Shown piece by piece: positions 34,136-43,459 of a DNA stretch of 64,000 nucleotides; the stretch's first letter is position 1; every line of letters begins with the position of its first letter. The stretch lies in assembly GCA_902787025.1 (NCBI GenBank), contig CADAER010000005.1:417-64416 (forward strand). Direction: 5' to 3'. The stretch is from Oscillospiraceae bacterium. GTDB lineage: Bacteria > Bacillota > Clostridia > Oscillospirales > Acutalibacteraceae. The notes under the pieces were generated by a model, which saw nothing but the letters and a program-made list of their open reading frames with translations, had not been told where the DNA came from and ran no database searches. The position numbers and the translations under genes are program-made.

Positions 34136-36466
34136 TTGGATTATGCGGCCGGAACACCGGATTTATCAAAAACCCGTTTGAGCCGGACGCAATTATTCAG
34201 AAGACTGTTTAAATCCGGCGTGTCTTTTTTCGGATACGCGGGGTTAATCTTACGGAAAGCGGTGCAGAATTTGAACTCTTTTGTTTTTGTTTCGGCGGAT
34301 CTCCGCACGCCCGTGCGTATGCCGATAGTTTCGCTTATGAATTATCTCGCCGAGCGCGGATATCAGGTTACCGTTATCACAAACGGCAAAAGCGCGTTTG
34401 ACGATTACCGTTACGATTACCGTATTGTCAGGCGTTCCTTCGCGGAGCCGTTCAAGGATCTCCACACGCGCAGACAGATTCTCGAACACATAGCCGCCGA
34501 ACTGCCGCAAAGTGTTTTTGTCATGACGAACAGCATCAACAGAACGGTTGTATCGGATGCAATGATAATCAAAAACGCCGAATCGTGTGCGTCCAAAGGT
34601 CATAAAATCGTTGTTTGGGAGCTTATGCCGTTTTATATGCTTCTCTCAAGGATGAATTACGCGGATTACGCCGCCGTTCTTCAGAACGGAGAGCTTTTCG
34701 ACGCGTTTGTTACCTGCTACGCGCAGAGCGACAAGGTGTTCAGAAGTTTCAATCAGCCTAATTGCACATATATTCCCTATTTTTTCCCGTTCAAGAGCAG
34801 CGAATACTCGCATGTTGAGGGAACAGGGACGCAGATTCTCGCTGTTCAGACCGCCGCGGAAAACTATCTTTACCCGCAGATTCTCGACGCGTTCGCGCAG
34901 ATATACAGGAAAGTTCCCGATGTTACGCTTAAATTCGTCAAGAATATGAATACAGCTCCCGTCAAGGATGAGACGAAGGAATTTGTGCTGAAATACGCGA
35001 CAAGTCTTCATCTGGAAGACAGGATATCCTTCGCTCAGGGCGACACGACTCTCAAATCTCTTCTTCGCGAATCAGCGTTTGCCGTTGTCGCTTCGTCGGA
35101 TGTTTCGCACACATCGCCTACGGTGCTTATGCATACGGTCAGATATCCGTTTATTCTGGCGTGCGATTACAAAGCGAGCGAAGACTACGCAAATCTTAAA
35201 TCTGTTGACGCGACGGATACGAACGCGCTGGTTGACGAGATGCTTCGTCTGCTAAAACCCGAAGAGAGAAAAAAAGACAGCGGAAAGATGACCGCTGTTC
35301 TTGACACCGATGTTTCAGCGGAGTCGCTGCAAAGCTGGGAAAAGCTTCTGCTCGCTGTTGACAAAGGCGAAGAAATACCCGTATCCGCCACTCCCGCGGG
35401 AGAGGCGCTTGAACCCGGTGCCATGCTCGGTCAGTCGGCAATGTATCACCTTCATCGCACCGCCGCCGGCACAATGTTCCCGAAGCCTGAGCCGGCTGAG
35501 ACGCTTTCCGGAAAAATCCGCAAAAAGCTGCGCTATAGGGAACTTAAACGCACGCAGAAATACACATATATTCAGATGTCTCCGCAGGATGTCCGCCGTT
35601 CGCAGCTCCTGGCTCTGTCTCTTCTTCGTGAATTTGAGCGGATCTGCATAAAGTATTCGCTTACTTATTATGTCGCGGCGGGCTCGCTTCTCGGAGCGGC
35701 AAGACACCACGGACAGATTCCGTGGGATGACGATGTTGATGTCACCATGCCCCGCAAGGACTATGACACATTCATCAAAATCGCGCAGAAGGAACTGCCT
35801 GACACGATGATTCTTCCGAAAAACAACTATCCCTACGGCTTCCACCGTATGCAGTTAAAAGGAACAAACATCGAAAGAATGCTGCGTCAGAAGGGAACGC
35901 ACGGCGTATTCCTTGACATTCTTCCTCTTGACGGAGCCGCTCCGACGGAAAAGGAAAAACGCGTTCACGAATTAATCAATTCAAGACTTATCTTTTATAT
36001 GTTTGAATCCGCACGCCCGCTTCCCCCGCTCAATCAGCTGAAAACAAACAAAAAAGCCATATTGAAGCGCCTGATAATCAAGATGTTCGGTCCGAGACAT
36101 CTTATGCATTTCATCTGGTTAAGAAACGCAAGAAAGTATGACGTTGACAAGGCGGCTGAATGGGTATGCCTTCCCGGCAGTTACGGCTACGAGAAGGAGT
36201 GCTTCCCGAAGGAATACTGGGGAGATCCCGCTTGGCTGGAATATGAGAAAAAGCTCTGTCCTGTTATGAGCGAGTGGAAGACTTATCTCGAACTGCATTA
36301 CGGCGACTTTATGCAGTGTCCGGCGGAACTTGAAAAGAGAACGCATCTGCTGTTCGATATCGATTTCGGTCCTTATCGCGATGTTCCGATTGAGGAACTC
36401 GAGGCTTCCGTTTATCAGAAATCTGAACAGCTCGGAGAATTGCAGCATCCTAAGACGGGAGATTGA
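34136..36466 (+). CDS. GT-B-like N-terminal region fused to a LicD-family phosphotransferase; true start probably further downstream
   Basis: GSLLGAARH.G.IPWDDDVDV.MPR.DY, LDILPLD, YLELHYGDFM; N-terminus LAERGYQVTVIT resembles GT4. Confidence 0.8.
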   Translation: MDYAAGTPDLSKTRLSRTQLFRRLFKSGVSFFGYAGLILRKAVQNLNSFVFVSADLRTPVRMPIVSLMNYLAERGYQVTVITNGKSAFDDYRYDYRIVRRSFAEPFKDLHTRRQILEHIAAELPQSVFVMTNSINRTVVSDAMIIKNAESCASKGHKIVVWELMPFYMLLSRMNYADYAAVLQNGELFDAFVTCYAQSDKVFRSFNQPNCTYIPYFFPFKSSEYSHVEGTGTQILAVQTAAENYLYPQILDAFAQIYRKVPDVTLKFVKNMNTAPVKDETKEFVLKYATSLHLEDRISFAQGDTTLKSLLRESAFAVVASSDVSHTSPTVLMHTVRYPFILACDYKASEDYANLKSVDATDTNALVDEMLRLLKPEERKKDSGKMTAVLDTDVSAESLQSWEKLLLAVDKGEEIPVSATPAGEALEPGAMLGQSAMYHLHRTAAGTMFPKPEPAETLSGKIRKKLRYRELKRTQKYTYIQMSPQDVRRSQLLALSLLREFERICIKYSLTYYVAAGSLLGAARHHGQIPWDDDVDVTMPRKDYDTFIKIAQKELPDTMILPKNNYPYGFHRMQLKGTNIERMLRQKGTHGVFLDILPLDGAAPTEKEKRVHELINSRLIFYMFESARPLPPLNQLKTNKKAILKRLIIKMFGPRHLMHFIWLRNARKYDVDKAAEWVCLPGSYGYEKECFPKEYWGDPAWLEYEKKLCPVMSEWKTYLELHYGDFMQCPAELEKRTHLLFDIDFGPYRDVPIEELEASVYQKSEQLGELQHPKTGD

Positions 36467-36469
36467 ACT

Positions 36470-37558
36470 TTGAAAAACGGAAAGATTGAGTTTTTGCGCT
36501 TTATTTTCAGCATAGTTATAGTATTGTTCCATTGCGGAAAAGATTTTTTGCCTCATGTTTTCTTCTCAAAGGGCGTTCATATTTCGCTTTTCGCACACGG
36601 AGCGGTCGGTGTTGAATTTTTCTTTATGCTGTCTGGTCTTTTGATGGCGCGCACAGCTTACAAAAATATTGCAAAACCCGCTTCCGGAGAGGCGCTTTTC
36701 AAAGAGCATACGGCGTTTATGAGCAGAAAATATATGAGCATTTTCCCTGTTCACTGCATCGGTTTTGTTTTTGCTTTTATCAGTTCATGTCTCCTAAGCG
36801 CTTACAGAGGAAGCAAAATCGCCTGGTATTTTCTGGACAGTATTCCGAACCTGTTTCTAGTTCAGATGTCAGGTCTGCGCTACAGAGACCCGAACAATAT
36901 TGAATGGTATATTTCATGTATGCTTATAGTTATGGCTGTGCTGTATCCGGTTCTGCGCAAATCATACTACGGTTTTACCAGATATGCCGCACCTGTTTTA
37001 AGCCTTATGATTATCGGATGGATAATTCAAACAACCGGAGGACTGACCGGTGTAATGGAGTGGTCGGGGCTTTGCTATAAATCGCTTCTGCGTGCTTTCG
37101 CAGACATTTCGCTCGGTGCAACAGCTTATGAACTTTCTGCAGTATTGGGGAAAACAACTTTTTCCAAAAGCCGGAAAGTTTTTCTAACTGTTCTCGAATG
37201 GTTGATTTATACCGCCGTCATCGCGTTTGCATTATTTAATCTCCCAACAAAATATGAGGGGTTGATTCCTTTTCTGCTGTTGCCCGCTCTGGCGCTTTCA
37301 TTCAGCGGAAAAACAGGTTTTCCGGAAAGATGGAATCATCAATGGATATTTTTTCTCGGAAAACTCAGTCTGCCCATTTATGTCAGTCAACGCAGCGCAA
37401 TCTATCTGACACATAATTTCTTCTCTTCTTTTTCGCCCTGGCAAAGTGTCTGGGTTGCATTTGAACTGACAATTATCGTCTCGCTTATTGTTTACGCTTT
37501 ATCTGTTTTGTGTAAAAAAATAAAAGTCAGGGCGCACAATCTGGAAAAATCAGTCTGA
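36470..37558 (+). CDS. Acyltransferase-3 (OafA-like) membrane protein
   Basis: IEFLR...VLFH, VEFFFMLSG, WYI, LGKLSLPIY. Confidence 0.85.
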   Translation: MKNGKIEFLRFIFSIVIVLFHCGKDFLPHVFFSKGVHISLFAHGAVGVEFFFMLSGLLMARTAYKNIAKPASGEALFKEHTAFMSRKYMSIFPVHCIGFVFAFISSCLLSAYRGSKIAWYFLDSIPNLFLVQMSGLRYRDPNNIEWYISCMLIVMAVLYPVLRKSYYGFTRYAAPVLSLMIIGWIIQTTGGLTGVMEWSGLCYKSLLRAFADISLGATAYELSAVLGKTTFSKSRKVFLTVLEWLIYTAVIAFALFNLPTKYEGLIPFLLLPALALSFSGKTGFPERWNHQWIFFLGKLSLPIYVSQRSAIYLTHNFFSSFSPWQSVWVAFELTIIVSLIVYALSVLCKKIKVRAHNLEKSV

Positions 37559-37699
37559 ACGGAGTATATAAATCGAAAACTGCATAATTTTACCCGACTT
37601 CATTTGAAGCCGGATTATACTTTTAATACGCTGTTATTATTATATCTCGATTTTTTGCTTCTTATTTTTTCTATAATAAAATATTAGTGAATAAAAAAA

Positions 37700-37727
37700 C
37701 GAACCGCGGGATTAAACCTGCGGTTCG
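37700..37727 (-). terminator. Intrinsic terminator
   Basis: cgaaccgcggg-N-cctgcggttcg preceded by an A tract. Confidence 0.7.
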
Positions 37728-37750
37728 CTGTTTTATCGGTTATTTAAATG

Positions 37751-38668
37751 TTATTTCTTTAAAAACGGAAGGGCATACTGCATCGTTTTATCGATTTCAT
37801 CATAGAGGAAAATATGTCCCGAACCTTCAAGAGCGTGGAGTTCTGCATCGGGCATAACCTCTTTGAATCTTTCTGACTGGTAGAAAGGCATTGTGATATC
37901 ATCGGTGCCCCAGAGGCAGAGAACGGGAATTCCGTGCTCCGCGGTTTTCTGATAGTATTTCGTTATTTTCTTTGTTTTGAGAATTGTGTTTCTCAGACTC
38001 GAAAGAACGCATCTGGGGAAACCTTTATACTTCATTGAATACGCAAGCGACTCAAGATAATAGTCGACTTCATCGGTGCAGTGTTTCATTTCTCTCGCGC
38101 AGTTTTTAAGCAGGATTTTGTCGCCGAGAACCGCGAAAAGAATGTCACCCACAAGCGGGAAGCTGCTGAGATACATATAGAAAGGCGGTTTGAAGTTGTC
38201 CATACCCGCGGGAGCAAGCAGAATCATTTTTTTGACATATTCGGGGTATGCCGCGCAGAAGGCGTTGACTATTGAGCCGCCCATGGATGTTCCGAAAAGG
38301 TAAAACTTCTCATCGGGGAAAAGCGCCTGAGTAATCTCTTTCAACTGCGTCGCGAAAAGTTCGGGAGTGTATTTTGCTTTGACTCTTTCGGAGAGTCCTC
38401 TGCCGAGCAGGTCATAGCGCAGAATTTTATAGCCGTTCGCGACAAGCGCGTCGGCAACCTTGTCATAAATATAGTAAGGGATGGCGTAGCCGTGGACGAG
38501 AACGCAGAGTTCGCCCTCCCCTTTTATTTCATAATGCGTGTTGCCGCAGGGAAGGTCAATGAACGAACCCGGCGCTTTGGCTTTTTCACTGTCGGTCAGT
38601 TCATATTTTTCCGCTTCTAATAGCAGTTCTTTTATTCTTTCATCTGTCATATTATCTGCCTCATTCAT
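37751..38668 (-). CDS. Alpha/beta hydrolase
   Basis: LVHG, YDLLGRGLS, GTSMGG, WGTDD, SGH. Confidence 0.9.
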   Translation of the reverse strand: MNEADNMTDERIKELLLEAEKYELTDSEKAKAPGSFIDLPCGNTHYEIKGEGELCVLVHGYAIPYYIYDKVADALVANGYKILRYDLLGRGLSERVKAKYTPELFATQLKEITQALFPDEKFYLFGTSMGGSIVNAFCAAYPEYVKKMILLAPAGMDNFKPPFYMYLSSFPLVGDILFAVLGDKILLKNCAREMKHCTDEVDYYLESLAYSMKYKGFPRCVLSSLRNTILKTKKITKYYQKTAEHGIPVLCLWGTDDITMPFYQSERFKEVMPDAELHALEGSGHIFLYDEIDKTMQYALPFLKK

Positions 38669-38788
38669 TTATTTAAAGGTATTTTATCACCTGCCGGCGC
38701 AACTGTCAAACGGCGGTTGAATAATTATACAGTATATGATATATTTATCAAGGAGAAAAATACAAAACCGGCACCGGAGGTAACAAAG

Positions 38789-40843
38789 ATGGATTTCAAC
38801 ACTGCGGCGAAAAAATACGCGTCAAACCCGACGGACGAGACTCTGTATTCCGTCGCGAAAGAGCTTTGCGGCGAACTGAAGTTAAGAGAGAAACTGCATA
38901 TGCTGTCGGGGCAGAAATTCTTTTTGCGAAACGGTTTTGACCTCATCACAAAAGGGCAGAAATACAACTGCCGTCCGTGTCTGAGCGGCGGTGTGAAAAG
39001 GCTCGGTATTCCCGCTGTTGCGTTTTCGGACGGTCCCCGCGGAGTTGTTATGGGCAACAGCACATGTTTTCCCGTATCAATGGCGAGAGGCGCATCGTTT
39101 GACGACGGTCTTGAATATGAAATCGGCTCTGCGATAGCGGATGAGGTTATCGCTCAGGGCGGAAACTACTTTGCTGGAATCTGCATAAATCTTCTGCGGA
39201 ACCCCCGCTGGGGAAGAGCGCAGGAAACTTACGGCGAGGACCCGTTCCTGCTCGGCAAAATGGGGGTCGCTCTGACAAAAGCGGTGCAGGAAAAGGGCGT
39301 TATCGCCTGCCCCAAACACTACGCGGTAAACAGCATTGAAAATATCCGTTTCGATGTGGATGTTCAGGCTGACGAAAAGACTCTTCACGAAGTTTATCTG
39401 CCGCATTTCAAGGCCTGCGTTGACGCGGGCGCTATGTCGATTATGGGCGCTTACAATCTTTTCAGGGGCGAACACTGCTGTGAGAGCAGATATCTTTTAA
39501 AAGATGTTCTGCGTGATCAGTGGGGCTTTTCGGGCTTTACGATTTCGGACTTTCTTATGGGCGTGCGGAACGCTCCGCGCGCGCTGAAAGCGGGACTGGA
39601 TATCGAAATGCCGCAGATTATGCATTACGCGACGCTTCCGCTTGACCTGAAGCTCGATAAAGTAACGATTGAAGATATAGACAACAGCGTACAGAGCGTT
39701 CTGCGAGGGCTTATAAAAATCACTCTGCGGATAAAACCCGTTTCAAAAGAAAAAGTCGCCTGCAAAGAGCATACGGAGCTTGCAAAACGGGCGGCGCTTG
39801 AAGGCACGGTTCTGCTTAAAAACAACGGAATACTGCCGCTTAAAGACATCGGCAGAATCGCGATTATCGGCAGATACGCAAATAAAATCAATGTCGGCGA
39901 TCACGGCTCAAGCTCTGTTTTCTCGCCTTATACAGTTACTCCATACGAGGGTTTATGTAATCTTTACGGCAAAGACAAAGTTGTGCTTTGCGAAGGGATG
40001 GATTTCTCCGCTAAAGAAAGCGAAATCAAAAAATGCGATGCCGTTATTCTCTGTGTAGGAAGCGATTACAGACAGGAAGGCGAAAATCTCGCGAACTTCT
40101 CAAAGAGCGACAAGGTAACCGAAAAGGCTCTGGGAGGCGACAGATATTCGCTTCACATTCCCGAAGAGGAGGTCTCGCTTATTCACAGGGCGTGCGCGGC
40201 TTTTGACGGGGTAGTTGTGAATATCATAGGCGGCAGCGCCTACATTATTGAAGAGTGGAAGGATGAGGCAGGCGCCATACTGCACTCGTTTTACAGCGGT
40301 ATGGAAGGCGGCAACGCTTTCGCGGAACTGCTGTGCGGCAAGGTTAATCCGAGCGGTCATCTGCCCTTCACCATGGCAAAAAGCGAAGATGACTACCCCG
40401 ACTTTTTGTTTCCGAGCGCGAAAACAAGAAAAATTACATATGATTATCTTCACGGTTATACCCTGCTTGACAGTCAGGGCAAAAAGGCGGCTTTCCCGTT
40501 CGGTTTCGGACTTTCATATACGGAGTTTGAATACTCGGATATCAAAGCCGACGACCGCGGTGATGAGGTTGAAATCTCACTGACTGTAAAGAACACGGGA
40601 AGTTATGACGGCAAGACTCTTGTGCAGGTTTACGCGGGCGCGCAGGGTGAAAACGCGGTCAAACTGCTCAAAGGATTCAGGAAAGTGTTTGTGAAAGCAG
40701 GCGAAACGGTCCGCGAGACGGTTAGTGTCTGCAAGGATGATCTGAAATTCTATAATCCCGGTAAAAAGACATGGTTTTTTGCGGATGACTACACTTTTTA
40801 TGTCGGACAGGACTGCGAGAATGTCATCGCGTTGAAAGGATAA
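38789..40843 (+). CDS. GH3 beta-glucosidase/xylosidase
   Basis: SDGPRG, WGRAQETYGEDP, KHY, ISDF, FPFGFGLSYT, C-terminal Fn3-like domain. Confidence 0.95.
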   Translation: MDFNTAAKKYASNPTDETLYSVAKELCGELKLREKLHMLSGQKFFLRNGFDLITKGQKYNCRPCLSGGVKRLGIPAVAFSDGPRGVVMGNSTCFPVSMARGASFDDGLEYEIGSAIADEVIAQGGNYFAGICINLLRNPRWGRAQETYGEDPFLLGKMGVALTKAVQEKGVIACPKHYAVNSIENIRFDVDVQADEKTLHEVYLPHFKACVDAGAMSIMGAYNLFRGEHCCESRYLLKDVLRDQWGFSGFTISDFLMGVRNAPRALKAGLDIEMPQIMHYATLPLDLKLDKVTIEDIDNSVQSVLRGLIKITLRIKPVSKEKVACKEHTELAKRAALEGTVLLKNNGILPLKDIGRIAIIGRYANKINVGDHGSSSVFSPYTVTPYEGLCNLYGKDKVVLCEGMDFSAKESEIKKCDAVILCVGSDYRQEGENLANFSKSDKVTEKALGGDRYSLHIPEEEVSLIHRACAAFDGVVVNIIGGSAYIIEEWKDEAGAILHSFYSGMEGGNAFAELLCGKVNPSGHLPFTMAKSEDDYPDFLFPSAKTRKITYDYLHGYTLLDSQGKKAAFPFGFGLSYTEFEYSDIKADDRGDEVEISLTVKNTGSYDGKTLVQVYAGAQGENAVKLLKGFRKVFVKAGETVRETVSVCKDDLKFYNPGKKTWFFADDYTFYVGQDCENVIALKG

Positions 40844-40854
40844 AAAGAATTAAT

Positions 40855-40895
40855 ACGTGCACGCTTTATTAAAAGCGTGCACGTTTCTTTTTTTT
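40855..40895 (+). terminator. Intrinsic terminator
   Basis: acgtgcacgcttt-N4-aaagcgtgcacgt followed by a T tract. Confidence 0.8.
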
Positions 40896-41050
40896 GATAA
40901 TCATCGCTGTTTTTAAGCGAAAGGTTTTCCGGCAGTATGTTTTAATTCTTCGTTTTTTTATTTTTTTGAAAAAAGTGTCACCTATTTGTCACCCTATATA
41001 TATTATTATTTGAGTGTAAAATGCTAATACTATGGAAATGGGGCATTTAT

Positions 41051-43459
41051 ATGAGGGAAAAAGCCAAAAAAATCATTGTGTTTACGCTGGCGCTGATGTT
41101 TGTCTGCGGCGCTCTGCCTTCGGGCGCGCTTATCGCATCTGCCGCGACGAAAAGCGTCGCTGCTGAGGAAGCGCTTGTTTCGGCGGTGAACAACGGCGGA
41201 GACATAAAACTGACGGCTGACATTAATCTGTCGGCTGAACTTAACATTCCAGAGGGAGTAACCGTTTCGCTCAACCTCAACGGGAAAACACTCAACAGAG
41301 GGCTGAAAGACTGCGTCGATCACGGCGAAGTCATCCGCGTGAACCCCGGCGCGACTCTTACGGTTACAGACTCTTCGGGCAACAACGCCGGAAAAATCAC
41401 GGGAGGCGCGTCGTGGAACGGCGGAGGTATCTGCAACCACGGAACGCTTTATTTTGAAGGCGGCACAATTGAGAACTGCAAGGCTGTCCACAGCAGCTAC
41501 GGCGGCGGAGGCGGCATTTACAATGACGGATTAAACGGCTCTGATGCAACGCTTTATTTAACGGGCGGCGTAATAAAGAACAATACCGCGCGTAACGGCG
41601 GCGGCGTGTTCAACGGTTCCGCCGGCACGGTTGTTATTGAAAAGAAAGTTACCGTCAAGAAAGTAGGCACCCAGGCAAAGGAAACAATTACCAATGTAAA
41701 GATAACAGGCAACGTGGCGAACGCTTTGGGCGGCGGAATTTACAACAGTTCCGCGATAAGCATGCAGGACACTCCCGAAATTTACGGCAACAGCAGCCAT
41801 GATATCTATACTTCTGACGGGAAGAAAATAAACATTACCGGCGCGCTTTCAAGCAAAAACAAGATGAGTGTGAAATCATCTGGCACAGATGCCGTATTGA
41901 CAAAAGGTTATTCGGATTTCAACACAAAGAAGCCTTCTCAGTATTTCACTCCCGCCGACAACACCTGCGTTGTTCTGTTTACGGATTCAGGTGAAGCGAT
42001 GCTCAAAAACGGCACGAACACTGTTATTGAAGTTTATGAAAAAGGCAAGCTTGTCAAAAGAGAGGAAGTTAAAGAGTCCGATTTTGTAAGCGTCTGGAAC
42101 AAAACAATCGGTTATTCCAAGGAAAACCAGTGCGTATGGGGTTTTACGGGTGAGGACAGCGTTGTTGAGATAACGCTCGGCGCCGACTATTCATACGACA
42201 CGAATTTATATGTTGATCCTTACAGAAACATTGTCATTGACCTGAACGGGCATTATATCAAGCGCGCGGGCCAAAAGCAGAAGGACGGTTATCTTTTCAA
42301 GCTGGGCGAGTTCTCTAAGCTCACGGTCAAGGATTCCAACCCGAAATCCGACGGTTACGCGGACCATAATGGCGGAGTTCTCGCGGATGGCAACGGCGAC
42401 GACTGCGGCGGCGGTATCATCATTGAAAAATACGCTCAGTTTTATATGACCGGCGGAACAATTTACAACTGCATTACCGATGAACACGGCGGCGCGGTAT
42501 ATTTAGGCGCAGACTTCGCGACGGTTAATTTGAAAAACTGCACGATTGACTCCTGCAAAACCAAAGACAGCGGCGATGACGCGCACGGCGGCGGAATCTA
42601 TGCCAAAAACGCGGGCAATGTCGTTCTTGAAAATGTGACAATCAAAAACTGTTACGGTGAAGACAAGGGCGGCGGACTGTATCTGCGCGAAAAGCCCAGA
42701 AACGTCCGGCTCTCAAATGTTACATTTGAAAGCAACTATGCCGAGGACGGCGGCGGAGCCATTTTCATAGACGATTTAAAAAGCAGCACCGAATTTTCGT
42801 TTGAAGCCGAAAACTGCACATTCAAGAAGAACAAAAGCGGCGGTGACGGCGGCGCGGTTTATGTTTATGACGATGATGAAAGCGAATACAGAAATCCGAC
42901 GGTTTTCCGCAACTGCACATTTACCGAAAACGAAAGTTCGAAAGACGCCGGCGCGATTGAAGTCAATGACAACGGTGTTGTTCTTTTCGGCGGAAACTTC
43001 AACAACAACAAAGCGGGCGGAAAAGGCGGAGCGGTTTATGTTGAGGGAGAATATGACATAAGTGTTGCGGGCAAGCTGGTTATCAAGGGCAACGACGGCA
43101 AAGACAATTACGACAATCTCTGTCTTGAAGATACCAGCGACCATAAAGCCTATGTTTACAGCGCCGGTCTTTATCCCGGTTCCGAAATTTATTTAAGCAC
43201 ATCAAACAACAAGACCGGCATTACCGCGGTCAAGGATGTAAGCGATTATCAGACCAAATATTTTCACGCGGACAAGGGAAGTCTCAGCTTCAACAAAAAA
43301 GGAACGAAGACAGCAAATATGGTAACGGCATCGCTCTTCGGCGAGGGTTCAAAAACCACATTGTTTGTTCTGGCAGGCGCGGCGGTTGTCGCTGTCGCTG
43401 TTGCGGTGATTATATTCAAAAAAAGGAAAGGAGCTGCGGTTAACAATGACACAGACTAA
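41051..43459 (+). CDS. Cell-anchored right-handed beta-helix (GGAI/GGGI repeat) protein
   Basis: Signal peptide; many N.A..GG(A/G)(I/V)Y repeats; C-terminal TM helix plus KKRK. Confidence 0.8.
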   Translation: MREKAKKIIVFTLALMFVCGALPSGALIASAATKSVAAEEALVSAVNNGGDIKLTADINLSAELNIPEGVTVSLNLNGKTLNRGLKDCVDHGEVIRVNPGATLTVTDSSGNNAGKITGGASWNGGGICNHGTLYFEGGTIENCKAVHSSYGGGGGIYNDGLNGSDATLYLTGGVIKNNTARNGGGVFNGSAGTVVIEKKVTVKKVGTQAKETITNVKITGNVANALGGGIYNSSAISMQDTPEIYGNSSHDIYTSDGKKINITGALSSKNKMSVKSSGTDAVLTKGYSDFNTKKPSQYFTPADNTCVVLFTDSGEAMLKNGTNTVIEVYEKGKLVKREEVKESDFVSVWNKTIGYSKENQCVWGFTGEDSVVEITLGADYSYDTNLYVDPYRNIVIDLNGHYIKRAGQKQKDGYLFKLGEFSKLTVKDSNPKSDGYADHNGGVLADGNGDDCGGGIIIEKYAQFYMTGGTIYNCITDEHGGAVYLGADFATVNLKNCTIDSCKTKDSGDDAHGGGIYAKNAGNVVLENVTIKNCYGEDKGGGLYLREKPRNVRLSNVTFESNYAEDGGGAIFIDDLKSSTEFSFEAENCTFKKNKSGGDGGAVYVYDDDESEYRNPTVFRNCTFTENESSKDAGAIEVNDNGVVLFGGNFNNNKAGGKGGAVYVEGEYDISVAGKLVIKGNDGKDNYDNLCLEDTSDHKAYVYSAGLYPGSEIYLSTSNNKTGITAVKDVSDYQTKYFHADKGSLSFNKKGTKTANMVTASLFGEGSKTTLFVLAGAAVVAVAVAVIIFKKRKGAAVNNDTD

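Noticed and set aside
34136-34270. TTG 34136 as the true start of the LicD fusion
   Set aside because: It lies immediately after a TTGACG-17-TAAAAT promoter with no RBS; a later start such as TTG 34271 is more plausible.
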